Positions 37,256-51,030 of a DNA stretch of 64,000 bases are shown piece after piece. Each line of letters opens with the position of its first letter. Position 1 is the stretch's first letter. Where the stretch lies: positions 3,348,001 through 3,412,000 of the forward strand of contig OZ176056.1 of assembly GCA_964247055.1 (NCBI GenBank), given 5' to 3'. Origin of the DNA: Paragordius varius (taxonomy: Eukaryota; Animalia; Nematomorpha). Under the pieces are notes generated by a model. It had not been told where the DNA came from. It worked only from the letters and a program-made list of their open reading frames with translations, and did no database searches. A program made the translations under genes and the position numbers.

Positions 37256-40200
37256 TCAATCCAAACATCTTTCTATGAAATCCAAAAATCTTTTGGCATA
37301 TGATTCAGGATTAACCGTACTAATTTCTGCCTCGGCCCCATGTTTAACGGTTTTTGCGGCATGTGCCGTCTTTTTCTTGACGCCATAATGTGTAAGCAAA
37401 TCAATGATTGCTATGAAATAGATTTTGGGATTGACAGCTTTACACAATTAACGAAATATATTTGACATATAAATTTTGGCTAAATATAATATAATTAAAT
37501 TCCGATAACTTCTGCGTTTTTACTTATTTTTATCTAATTTAAATATTTTAAACTTTTTATATACCAAAGGCACGTTATCGTTTTGGCGTATTTTTCACCT
37601 ATTGCCTTATCGTCTGACAAAATTATATAATATTTTACCATCAAATTCTCTGATTAGGCAATTTTTTTTGCGTTTCTTAGCTAAATAAGTGGCAATAAAA
37701 AAAATATTTTTCATTTTTATACAATCCCGTGTACCGTTAAAATCAGGTTTGATCTTTCATAAAATATTTTTATAATTGAATATTGAATGAGGATTAAATA
37801 GTATTTAGGAAAATTTTTCCATCAAAGGATGTATTTTATACATATATTTATATGTTATTTTTGTGTTTTATATATTTGATTATAAATTAAATTAATATAA
37901 TGCATATTTATAAATTATCTTAAAGGGCACACACACTTTGTTATTACCCTAAAATTTTTAATGTTAAAACTTTCTATTTTTGTCATTTGTTAAAAAATTA
38001 CACAATTATGTAGTTAAATTGGGTTGCTAGAACGTACGATCATTAACAGAAACCAAACAGGTTATAATTAGAGGAGAAAAGGAATAATTAAATTTCGATA
38101 TATTAGGGTTTTACAGTTACCGGGTAGCGAGGACTAAACCAAAAGGTAGTGCTAAAACACAAAACTATTATATAATTTCTTATAAAAAAATTATTTTATA
38201 TATATTTATAAATATATTATTATAGGCCATCTAATTAATGATAAATATGATAGTGTATGACTAATACAATTTGTTTTTAATTACGATCATACTGAAAACA
38301 TTCCGAAAAAAAAGTTAAATTGGTGATAAAAATCACAATTTTTTTGGCGGAGAACGCCATCCTTCCTATTCTAAAAATTATCGCATGATAAAGCCACCTA
38401 TTGTTTGATAAAAACTACTAATGACTTCTAATTGCAATGTTAGGATAATAAATATAATTTCTATAATATGTTATTATTAAATTGGTAATAGTTTTCTACA
38501 TCAATCTACTAAAATTTTACAAATATCTGTTAATTGATAGTTTACATGTATACCATTTCAAAACAAAAAAACGAAAATATTTTAATAGGTGACCATCTCT
38601 CAACAATAGTAATCGTAAATTAATAGTGAGCATTTTATCCAAAAAGTCGTTTTATACTTGGCATTAACACGTTAAGTATTTTTTCTTTATAAAATTTTAA
38701 CGATAAATTTTAAATAAAATTTACCTGGACTACTTGGTATAGCATATACATCAGTATTAGGATCTATTAGTGCTCTAATTTTTGCACCCAAAGGAATTAA
38801 ATTGCTTACATCATGGTCTAGAATTAAAATTATATATATATATAGTGAAATTACTAATTCTTTTAAAAAAACCATTTCCTATAATTAAATTTATTTTTGC
38901 ATTAGCCAACTTTTTAAATACCATTTATAATGTCATACAATAATTTAATGTCATTAATAAAGCATATTTATGAGCTCTTTTGTCTTTGATACAAATAAAT
39001 TAGCCCATTTTAGCAGGGTTATAATTTTGGAGCCTACAAAAAACTATCTGTAAATATTTCCCAAATATATATTTTAGTTTTCAACCTTTTCTGCAAAATA
39101 TATTTATATATTGTGGGGTAACTTCGCAATTTTAATTATTTGAAGCAAAAACTTGAAAAATATTATCTCAAATGACTCGTAAGACCCGATATAATATAAA
39201 AATAACCATAAAGTATAAAAAAATTAGAATCGTATCATAATCAAAAACTTCTCGTTAAATAAAAATTAATGAAAACAAAATATGTCAAAAATTATTTAAT
39301 GTCAAAATATTTACGTTACTTACCTTTTGGAGAGGGTGAGCCATTTATTGGTAATATTGTTTGTTGGCTTGGGTTTAAATTATCACCAGCGCTTATTAGA
39401 GATCCTTGTTGTTGTATTATAGTGTCAAAACCTAAAATAAAATTTATAGGTTAAAAATTAAAAATTTAATAACTATTTTTATTTAAAACGTTACATTACT
39501 AAATCTGTAAGACTAATACTATATATAGTAATTGTATATCAAATGCATACTTGATTATTTGATAATTAATATAGGGCGATTAAAAACATAGCGCAAAAAC
39601 TTTAAACTTTTTAAGTCGACGGTTATTATATTGGTAAACCTTACTTTATTTTTATGTACGTGTAACTAAATTTTGTAATATAAATTTTTTCAATATTCCC
39701 CTTTAACAATATGATAATATAATACAGAACAATGTTAATAAGTATTTTGGTTTTTACAAAAAATCAAATAGTTTGACCATAATAGTTAACAAGATTTTAA
39801 CATTTTAACCAATTTCACAATCACAGTTTCGTTTGGGTTAGAAAAAATTTAATTTCTTTAGCAAATCAAGCGTTAACTTTACTAATATTATTCCTAAATT
39901 AAATATTATTACTACCCTTATCAAAAACATCTCCATACAAAAAATATTAAAAAATATGTTAATAAACCTCTATTTTGTGGTAAATTATCTCTATCCAAAT
40001 TTTGATTTTCATTCATCATGGGATATTTCAAGGTGGCATTTGATGAAGCTAATGATCTTTGATCGTCAAAATTATTTATATTTTTATCGCCCCCAAAATT
40101 TTGGACAAAATTTATCGATGAAATATATTTTGCGTTCGGTGGTGACACATAATAAAAATTGTTTCCTTGATCATTAACATTGGCATTATTTAATCCTCCA

Positions 40201-43200
40201 TCTTTTCCGACAAAACTACTCTTTTTAACAGGATGTATTGATAGGTTTTTAATGTTAACACCCTCATCATCGGTTGATCCAAAACCGGATTCTATGGGAA
40301 AAGTTTGACAAGAAAAATAATGTTAAAATTAAAAAATAAATGTGTAAAAAGTCTTGAATCAGCATTAAAATTATAAAAAGTGTGATTATATATATAATGT
40401 AGTTATGCAAAACTATAAACCGTTTTAAACATTTGGATTGTTTCAGACATAAACACACAAATACATTTTAAATGATCAAAATAAGTTAAACAATTTCTTA
40501 CATTAGAATAAAAAATTTTACAATCTTTGTTTTTATTTAACTTCAATTTTGATTTTCTCATAAGATCTTATTAGAATATTTGAGTTGAAACTTTAATTTA
40601 AAGGGAAAAAAAATATTAAAATAAACTGTAATTCTTTTCGTTCCTAAACTGTGACTTTGATGTCAGCGTTTCCATATTGGAGTTTTCATTAGCATCTGAT
40701 GATCTGTCTAGCGCATTATATCTTTCGCTCTCTATCAAAGTATAAAATATTTTTAAAATAAATAATCTACTTAAAAACAAATATCTCTATTAGTGGAAAA
40801 ACAAAAAAAGTCAATAAAATTTGTGTTAAATTTGATCAGAGATAACACTCTAAATTAAAAGTATTTTAAGCTAATCCCCATTTTACATATAAAAAAATTC
40901 CAGTTTTACACATACCCCAATTATTAATTATAAAAAATATTGAACAATAAAAATTCAAAAATAAAACCTATTTGCCACTATCATCACAGCAATAAATTAA
41001 ATTCCACTAACTTTAAAAAAGAGATAAAATATATATTTGATATTTTTGCAAAAAAAACATAATTCTTTCATATGTAAGTGAATCATTTAACTGCAAACAA
41101 AAAAACAAAATATTTCTTTTTCAAACATATTAAATTATCAAGAATTATTTAGATATTAAAAATTAACTTATTTTATATTGTTTTGTTGCGCATTTGCCAA
41201 CAATTTACAAATTTATACTCTTTAAATATATTTTTTTTCGTTGATACTCAACAATTATACCTCAAAAAATTTCAAAAAAAAATATAAAATAACGAGAAAT
41301 ATTTAACTACTAAAAATTAACTTATTATCTTATTTATATAAATTTTATATCGTTTTGCTTCGCATTTGCCAACAATTTACAGATTTATACCCTTTAAAAA
41401 TTATTTCTTCTTGATATTCAACAATTATATCTCAAAAACAAAAAAATAAAAAAAGTAAACTTATAAAAAATTTAAAACCAATATTTTCTTTGGTGTAATC
41501 ATCAGTGGTACTTGTATTTAAATCATTGTCCTCTTCATTAGTCGTAGTACTCGTATAATTGTCGTCCGTATTTATTGGGCTAAAAATAAGTTTATAAAAA
41601 CTTATACAGTTAAAAATGACAAATTTTTTCAAAAAAACGAATAATAAAGTCCTATTGACACCCATGGCCAAAGGCCAGTTTTAATTCTAATAATCTGTAA
41701 AATCATTAGTTTTGTACACAAGGGCATGTGTACTACGTAAAAAATCACCTCAGATTATTACAAAGTATAAAGTTTATGGATATAAATTACTTCATCGTAG
41801 AAAAACTCCGAATCCAGTTCTAACCTTTAAGATGTTTTTTAGAAATCGATATTTTCAAATTCTTAAAGATTGGTCTAATTTTGTAAGCTAACTTTTATAC
41901 GAGAAAAATATGTTTTTTCCATTAAAATTAGCTATTTTGCTCACGCTAAATTAGTATATTTTCCTCAACATTCATATTTTTATTCATGTATTAGGATAAT
42001 AAATGAAAATTGAATTTCATATTCATGAAAATTATTCACAAATATAATTTTATTAACAAAAAAGGTTAAAAATCATCTTAATTAACACAAAGCTAGCACA
42101 AAAAAGTTTGACTGTATAACATTATTGGTATTAAAGTATACAAATAAAAAATACAGAAAAATGTAAAAAACCATCTTTTTATAAAAAAACATTATTTAAT
42201 TTGTAATAGTTAATTTAAAAGTTTTTTTGGTTTCGTATGTTTGGGTTGACCATTTTTATTCTCTCTTTGTGAAAAAAAGAATTATATTATTTTTTATTTT
42301 GTGCAGAATTCTAAATGTTAAATAAAATACTAATATTATAATAAAAAAGAGTGTATGTTTATCGTGCATATTTATAGCAATGATAGTTGGTAACTAATCA
42401 ATTAAAAGTTTATAAATTTTACTCAAATGTAACATCTGAAATAATTTTATATACCATTTACACCTCAAATTCATCCTTAACCAATACAAATTCATCCTAA
42501 AAAAATATGTTTTTGAATATTTAAAATTAAAAATAAAGTTTCGTTAAAAATTAACACAATACTGAAAAAATAAACTATGTTCTTGTTGTTTAACAATAAG
42601 TTTTGATGGTACACCATCGTAAACTATCCAGCTTTATGTCAAATAGTTCTTTATCAATAATTTTAGCAGTTTGAGTTGTAGGAAATCCAAATCAATCTTT
42701 TTAGCTCATGTTAAACGAGGACGACCGGGTTTATTGTATCCAGTAGGGGAAATGATGTTGAATAAGGTTCTAATGAAATTATCAGGATTCATACGGACAA
42801 GGTGATCGTAGAATCTCATTTTTTTTAATTGGATGAATTTATCTATTGGCTCCATTTGTAGGTTATTGCGAAGATCTTTGGGATTTAGTTGGGTTGACAT
42901 TAGGATAGTATATATGATCAGCAGTAATGAAATTTTTCACTTGTATTTGCGTTAATGCCATGGTTTCTGTGGCACATATGTCAAAATTCGTCTTATACCC
43001 ATCCATATTAATGAGGCCTTTTGTTTTAAGGGATATGTGCTTTTCATTAATGTATTTTAGCTGATGAAATTTTCCCCAAGTACGATTTACTGGCAATAAT
43101 TGCTATTGTTTGAGGAGTCTGATGTTTTATCAGCAAGAATAAACTCGTTTACAACTTCTGGGCTTAAGTTATTAGTAGAATATGATTTTCACTGTTTATG

Positions 43201-45012
43201 TGGCATATGTCAAAACTAGTCTATACCCACCCATATTAATTAAGCCTTTAGTTTTAGAGGATATGTGCTTTAGAAGAAATATGTATTTTAGCTGATGATA
43301 AAATGTATAAGTATTACAGGAAAACTCTCCGAACAATTAAATTTCAAATGCGAATCTTGCATGTATCATTCAATGACCCTACCTATTAAACACATTTCAC
43401 TTATAAATTAAAGCTTTGAAGTTGTAAAGAACTTATATTTGGGTGACAAAATGACATCAGACTGCTGAAACAATAGCGCAATTAATACCAAAATTAATCG
43501 TTTGTTATATAAATAACTCATATAAATGATAAGTTCCATTAGCCCATCAAAAACAAATATTTTATATTTAGGGTGAATTGAATTGTAGTGAATTTAAATG
43601 GAGTAAATTTGAGGTATAAATTGTATATATACTTTAAACATGAGGAATGTAAAATTGAAAGAATTTCCAATACCAAATAATATATTATACAATTCTTTGA
43701 ATGTTTAAAAATATAGTAGTTAATACGGATATATAACAACAAAACACACATTTTTTACAAAAAATTGTTATATAGAAATAAAAATTAAAAACGTTGAATA
43801 AAACATACTTGTAAGATTTACTATCGATTACGTTATCCATATCTGATTTGTCATCTTCTAAAAATAAAAATTTTAAATATAATTTGGCTTGAAAAACAAT
43901 AAAAATTTTAGTATGAAAAAATATTTAAGTTTTTAAAGGTTAACTATATCTTTTAAAAAAAAACTTTTACGTTATAAACAATAATAGGGTAAAAAAATTC
44001 CCCTTTTCTTTAGTAATCCATACGTATAATTTGTATAAAATATATTGAAATCTAAATGGCAGCTCGTTAAAAGATAATAAGTTATATTTTAAAATACTAT
44101 AGCTTTAACGTTTTCACATCGTAAAAATTTAAAATTAATGAACATTATCCTTATTTTGCTCTAATTAATAAAGGTATATCTCTTTTTATCAAATCAAATC
44201 AAAACAATAAGCATTTACTAAAATAAGTTTTATACAAAACATTTGTAGTTATATTTTCTTATATTTATGAAATTTAATTGTTGCCATATATTATTAATCA
44301 GATATACCATTTAGAGTTCAAATTCTCCCTTAAAGAATTTGAAATCACCCTTGAACAATTCAAATTCACCCTTGAACAATCCATATTCACCCTTGAACGA
44401 TTCAAATTCACATTCAAAATATATTATGTGTTTTCGAACTAAAAAAACTCATTAGTAATATAATCAAATCTATCTTTACAGCATAGTTTATTATTTTTTC
44501 AATATTATTTTAATTTAAAACAAAATTTTCCTTTTTAAAAAATTATATAAGAATAGTTGTTTTTAATTTTAAAAAACACATAATTTATTTTAGGGTGAAT
44601 TCGAATTGTTTAAGGGTGAATTTGAATTAGGGTAATTTTTATTGTTTAAGGGTTAATTTAAATTGTAAATGGTATGTATATATATATATATAAATAACCT
44701 TCTTTATTGCATTCAATTTTATGAAATTTAGATTTTGACGACAAATTGTCATTAGAGTATTTTTGTTGTGCGTTAGGCGAAGCAATAATAAATTTGTCCT
44801 TTTCAATATCATGTATACCACAGATTAAACTGTAATCCATCAAATTATTGGATACCATAAACTATATAAAGCAAGTAAAAAACATAAAACAGTAAAATTT
44901 GAAATTTTTAAAATCTAAAAAGCTAATATTCTCTTCATAAAACAAGCATATAACTTGAAAAAAATCCTATTTTTAGCTTTTAGTTGCGAAAAAAGTATTA
45001 GAGATGTGAATT

Positions 45013-45050
<38 letters not shown>

Positions 45051-45944
45051 TACAGTTCAAATTCACCCTTAAACAATTCATATTCACCCTTAAACAATTC
45101 AAATTCACCCTTGAACAATTCATATTCACCCTCGAACAATTCAAATTCACCCTCAAATAACATGTTTTTTGAGATTAAAAATTACCTATATTTTAGTATA
45201 TTTTTAAAAAATATAATTTTGTTTTAAATTAAAATAATATTGAAAAAATAAAATTATGCCATAAAGATACATTTTAAATTAATAATGAGTTATATTAGTT
45301 CGAAAACACTTAATTTTTAGGGTGAATTTGAATTGTTCAAGGGTGAATTTGAACTGTAAATGGTATATATATATGATAATCGTAATAATTTAAGTATTGA
45401 CATCCAGGTTTGAAAAGTATGGCTGTCTTTCTAAAATTATGTCTTTTGGTTTTTTTTTGTCCTTAAATTTAAAATTATATTATTTTTATAAATATATGAC
45501 AAACTTTTATGGCAGTATTAAAAATAATATTAGAAAAACTATTTGGGTTTGATAAGTGTAAACTAAAATAATATTATAGTGAAAATGAATTTTTACAAAA
45601 ATATTTTATATATTAATAAATTTTTAATTTAAATTTAACTAAAAAATTGCACGTTTTTGTAAATTCTCTTAAAAAATTAATTTTAACCTGACAATCGTTC
45701 TTTAATGTCTCTAGGAGTTTAATTTTTCCCTCTTCTCCAATATGTATCTTGATTCCATCATTAACAAAATCATTATCTTTGAAAGTTGGTATTTCTTTAG
45801 ACTATATTGTTGCATAAAATCAAGCCAGGTAATTTAAAAAAAAATATATATATATAAAATAAAAATTATAAAAAATTGAAACAAATATAGTAATTTAAAA
45901 TTTTTCTTAAAATTTAAACGCCAAATATTTAAAGTTATTAAAAA

Positions 45945-45984
<40 letters not shown>

Positions 45985-47435
45985 TTACTTTAAACATTAT
46001 ATTAAATTATATTTATAATAAATGCCTTTTTAAAATGATAATACCAACATAAATGTCGTAACTTATATCGAATAGTTTGAATTTAAGTCGGGAATAAAAA
46101 AATAATTTTATTTATAAAAATATATAAGATATAAAATAATAATTACTTTTTCTTTTATACTGGCTGATCTTTGCACGGTAGATCCCTATCATATACATAA
46201 ATAGTTTAAATTAATAGTTAAAAAAATATTTTTTTATTAAACTAAAAACAAATGCCTTATTAAACTAACCCACGTATTAATTAATATGATTAATGGTAAA
46301 ATGTAAAATGGATGTTTTGATTTATTTAAAAAAAATAATGTCATAATGTATATAAGTATCGACACAATTCGAGGCCGTTTATTAATTTATATTTCGATTC
46401 CCAACTACAAAAATTCAACAATTTTTTTAAAAAAACTCTATCATTAAATAACATAAATCTGTAATGCCAAATAAAATGATAAATAAGTCTTAATTTAAAA
46501 TTAAGTAATATTATACGCTTACCATAATAAATAGTAATCTGCTTTAATAAAACCCCAAATTTTTTGATTATGGTTTTTAATATAAATTATATACATTCTA
46601 TCATTTATTCGGTTAAAACTGTATTTAATTCAATTATTTATAATAGGATTCGAAAATTATAGTTTTTTTCTCAAAAAAATTAGTCTTTTCTAATAATAGT
46701 GTTAATCTTTTTTTAATTTTATTTTAAATTATACAATCCCCCCAACATTTTATAAACAAAATTATTTAATTAAATTGAATATCAAAATTGTGCATTATTA
46801 TCGTAAAATTAATTACCTTTAAATCATACTTCTTATGTATTATGATTCGATGTCCAAATATATTCCTCATAACTACAAAGTAAGTCTCCCCACCCTCTAC
46901 CGTTATACGATACATACCCAGGTATTGAGTTAGTATGGTTTTACCATTCCTTTCTACAACGTGCTATATATAGATATATATATATATATTGTAAAAAAAA
47001 ACTTTTTAAACAAAAATTTTATATTAAAATTAGTTTATCTGACATATTCATATACTTTTCCGAGGTTATATTTTATTACAGTAAAAATAAATTGATACAA
47101 CAGCGCAAAAAATTAAATATATATTTTGTTAGATAAACTTTAAGCATTGATTTTTTTTACGATCATAATTTTGAAAAAATATACGATATAATCTATTATG
47201 TTTTATCTCTAATTTTAACTTGACAACCCAAAACGTTTTATAATGTTAAATGAATTAGGATTTAAAAATATGGTTGTTTTCTTTTACATTAAATTGTCTT
47301 TTAATTTTTTACATTTTACTGTATGTGTTAAAAATGTGATGCTTTTGATCAGTCTACATACAGTTATGACTAATTTGTAGGTTAGTTGTAAATATTATAA
47401 ATTAAATAAAATAGGTTTATATCCGTTTAGATTGG

Positions 47436-47469
<34 letters not shown>

Positions 47470-48630
47470 ACAAATAAAAAAATTAAATTAACATGCGTAC
47501 TAATTTAAATCTTTAACATGTAATATAGATAAAAATTTAGATTATTAATAAAAACATTTTCAAATAATATACATCAAAATTGATAATTATTTAATTATTT
47601 AAATTCTTTACCAAAAAATTAAACTTGAAACCTGATGATAAGATTTAAGGATTTGATGCATTTGCAAAACCTCTTCGCTATACAAAGTTTTAATGACTAA
47701 TTTGTGATCGTAAGATGTATAAAATTTGGCGCCACTTTTCCCAGTGGCAGAATCTAGACTCTGGGGTTGATGTTTTGTAAGGGAATCCTAAATTATATAT
47801 TTGTCATTTTTTTCGGTTAGTTAAAACACATATTGGTGAAATTTGTATCCCAAATACTTAAAATTCTAATGAAATCAAGGTATTTTAACAAGTATTTAAC
47901 AATCATTTATAGATATATAATTCTTTTGAGTTGTGTAAATTTCAAAATTAAAATTAAAAAACAGCTAATTTTAAATGATTATAAGAAAATAAAAAAGTTC
48001 AAGTTAACAAATTGATTAAATTTATTTTACCGTAACATTATTGCAAAATTTAAAAAAAAACTTTTTTCAAATTTTTTTATGTAAATGAATAAATTTGGCA
48101 ATTATTTGAGTTATTTCTTTTAAAACCATAAGTTAATACCCCGAAAATAACCATAAATATATTTTTTTAAATCATACCATATAAGATATTTCTTTCACTC
48201 CAAATATCTCACGGAGTTTACGGAAAACGATTGGACAATATTCTTTGACTTTGTAGTGACTAGGAAGATTTTCTCTGTAATATTTTATTAAAAAGGTTAA
48301 AACTAAATTTTAAAATTTTTTTTAAAAAAACATAAAAATGAGAGTTTACTTGTTAAACATATTGTTGTCAACTCTAATTTTACTGGATGCCTTAAAATCG
48401 TCAGGAAGCAATAACACAGGGACTGAAACATGTTGTAATTCAGATACCTAGTAAATAAAAAACTATAATCATTGGCAACAATTATGTGAAAATTAAATGT
48501 TTACTGTATGATTTATCCCCCACATAAAAACACTAATGAGCGGTTCATTTGCACGAAATACTTTGACCTTTTGAGACACAGCCTTAATTCGTTTCTTTTT
48601 ACTTCTGGTTGCATTCAAAGGGGCGGACAT
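37256..48630 (-). CDS. PIP4K2: Phosphatidylinositol 5-phosphate 4-kinase type II, 15 exons, about 633 aa
   Basis: Exons 48630-48505, 48447-48350, 48274-48178, 47787-47632, 46963-46817, 46185-46147, 45801-45688, 44861-44699, 43857-43809, 41579-41479, 40731-40627, 40291-39968, 39431-39324, 38817-38725, 37437-37256. Motifs [74 protein letters not shown], and the type II activation loop [20 protein letters not shown]. Phases close throughout; insert exons 9-13 are supported by phase and open frame only. Confidence 0.93.
41161..41440. repeat. Intronic tandem duplication, two copies with a period of about 165 bp
   Basis: AATTAACTTATT...GCGCATTTGCCAACAATTTACA(A/G)ATTTATAC...TTGATA(C/T)TCAACAATTATA(C/T)CTCAAAAA occurs at about 41161-41270 and 41315-41440. 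Confidence 0.8.
42700..43500 (-). mobile_element. Degenerate 3' fragment of an RTE/CR1-type LINE inside PIP4K2 intron 9
   Basis: Translations [22 protein letters not shown]...ETMAL and [11 protein letters not shown]...KPGRPR match the RT C-terminal region of non-LTR elements; contains an internal duplication (about 42965-43070 and 43197-43295). Confidence 0.7.
44305..44674. mobile_element. TA-inserted MITE with 21-bp AATTCAAATTCACCCTTGAAC repeats
   Basis: TA|TACCATTTAGAGTTCAAATTC ... AATTGTAAATGGTA followed by a (TA)n tract. Confidence 0.75.
45044..45365. mobile_element. TA-inserted MITE with 21-bp repeats, embedded in (TA)n
   Basis: Follows (TA)n at 45015-45046; about 5 left and 2 right units; ends GAACTGTAAATGGTA|TATAT. 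Explains ORF 44955-45227. Confidence 0.8.
45952..45980. repeat. (TA)n microsatellite; similar tracts at about 5408-5433, 30672-30693, 44675-44692, 45015-45046 and 47443-47468
   Basis: Direct reading of alternating TA runs. Confidence 0.9.
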
Positions 48631-48779
48631 TAATATTTATATTTTGGTATCTACCCAATAAACAAAAATCATATTATAAACGTATGAATAGAAAACATTT
48701 GTTCATGCCCACACATATCGGTATATAAAAATATTAGCCTGATAAAATATTTGTGATAAAAGAATAAAATATAACAATA

Positions 48780-49200
48780 GTTTTGGTTTAGCCCTTATGA
48801 ATAATTAAAGAAAATACATTTTTGTGATGAAACTGCTCTATATGGAAAATGGTAAAGTCGCATATTTTATTAATAATTTTTGGTAAAAGGAAAAAGCTTT
48901 ATTATAAAATATATAATTAAATTAGACACCATAAATCAAAAGCAAAACATTTAAATAATTTTAATTTTTAGATATAGGCTAAAAAATCCCAAATTTTGCC
49001 TCTAAATGAATTAGTTTTCTTAAAACACACGTAAAAATGCTGATTCTTGTAAAAATTTAAATATAAGCTATGACATCTGTATTGGAGAAATTGGTTTTGT
49101 TAAAAAAGTTAATATATAGTAATTTTTTAGAAGCTTACTTCAATTTTGAGGCATGATAGAAACGGTATAAAACGCGCTAAGATAAAAAATATCTACATAT
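48780..49200. mobile_element. Fragment of the foldback family upstream of PIP4K2; further fragments at about 51500-52850
   Basis: TTTTGGTTTAGCCCTTA and GAGGCATGATAGAAACGGTATAAAACG match the arms of 25752-27963. Confidence 0.5.
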
Positions 49201-49299
49201 TTTGTGCTAAACATACCTATCAACTTGAAATTTTTATTATTTTGTCAAATTCATAAATAAATAAATTCCCAGGTCAAAAGCTAACACACTTTAATTTAA

Positions 49300-49868
49300 C
49301 ACTTGGATACAACACACTCATTCTAGTCCTTCGATTCAAATTGGGGTAGTTGGATACCCCAGGCCTGCTTAAAATCAAATACTTTAAAAAGTATGGAAGG
49401 AATCGAAACCATGGCACAATTTTGCACTTATATAACATTAATAAACCAAAATATACAAAAGATTTTATTCAAAAATACGTGATAGTACTTATTAAGCTAA
49501 AACCGAAAGGTAAAAATTTGTTAACGTGACATGTGTCAAATTGTAAAATTGAAAAGTTATACAAGCTAAACCGCTTTTTCTATTATCGATGTTAGATGCA
49601 ATTTATATAAAAAATAAGCTTTAGTTTTACCCTAAAAATCAAATAGAGCCTATATTTTACAAAAATTTTGTAAAAAAATAGCGTCGAAGTAGTTTGAGAT
49701 GGAGCTTTTTTTCAAAACAAAACTTTATCAAAATATTTGGCATCTTTATATAATAGTTATCAGGTTAGAAGCATAAATTTAAATTGGGACCGTTTCCTTC
49801 AGTAGTTTTTTAAAAATATTAATTTAAATTTAGCCTGGGGTATAAATACCCCAATTCGAATCAAAGTG
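49300..49868 (+). mobile_element. piggyBac-type TTAA MITE, copy F
   Basis: TTAA at 49296-49299 and 49869-49872. Confidence 0.88.
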
Positions 49869-49986
49869 TTAATAGTTAGGATAAAAATGTTAAGCCATAT
49901 TTAATTATTACATAGAAAAGTGTTTTATATTATCTTTTTATGTTTTTCAACCGTTTTTATTATTCAAATACCATAAACTCGCTTAA

Positions 49987-50512
49987 CACTTTGATTCAAA
50001 TTGGGTTATCTAAATATCCCAGACTAAATTTAAATTGATATATTAAAAAAACTACTGCAGGAAACGGTCCCAATTATAATTTATGCTACCATCCTAATAA
50101 AAATTATATAAATAAGTCAAAACATTGAAAAAAGTTCCATGCCAAACTACTTCGGCACCATTTTAATTTTGGAAAGTTTTGCATAATATCGTGTCTTTTT
50201 AATTTTAAAGGTAAAATTACAGCAAATTTTTAATTTGAATTATATTTAACATTGATGGAAATAGAAAAAATGGTTTATTTCGCATTATTTTTCAATTTGG
50301 CAACACACATGTTGCATTGACTAAATTTTTGCCTTTAAGTAATATTAAGTAATTTTTTATATAATATTTTTTAGATTTCGGTTTACTAATGTTATATAAG
50401 TACAATTTTCGATTCCTTCCATATTTTTTAAATTTAATTTTAAACAGGCCTGGGGTATCTATCTACCCCAATTTGAATCAAAGGACTGAAATTAATGCTT
50501 TGTATCCAAGTG
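49987..50512 (-). mobile_element. piggyBac-type TTAA MITE, copy G (inverted relative to F)
   Basis: TTAA at 49983-49986 and 50513-50516. Confidence 0.88.
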
Positions 50513-51030
50513 TTAACCATAGGCGAAATATCCATTGTTTGTAAAAAAACTTTTTGTCCAATAGCATCATTAAGACTTATCGCTGGTTCAAGATTTTATC
50601 GTTTATAACATTTTATCATTTTGAGGTAGTTTTATATCCCATAGCTCTTCAAAATATGAAAATCTTAATAAGTATAGAAGCTATTATTAGCGTTTTAATT
50701 TTTTTTATAAAAATGCAAAATTGTAAAAATATTTAATCGCTAAAAAACTAAACAAATTAATGTATATATTTTATATAGAAATTCCATATTGACATTAAAA
50801 AGCTTCCAGGCTAATTTTACTAAAAAAACTTGATATATTTTAATATAAATATCAGTTATTCTTTCATCTTTAGAAGGTACAATTTTAGCCGCTAGAAGTC
50901 TCTAAACTGTAAAAAATAAGCTTTTTTGTGAATGCATAAAAACAATTGAAAATTAAATTTTAATTAAAATAGCTTTTAGAACTGTGTATTTAGTAATTTG
51001 AGATTTGGGATATAAAAATAACTCAATTAA

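Noticed and set aside
41650-41830. Possible extra PIP4K2 micro-exons (e.g. [11 protein letters not shown])
   Set aside because: Not phase-compatible with the flanking exons, which already join in frame.
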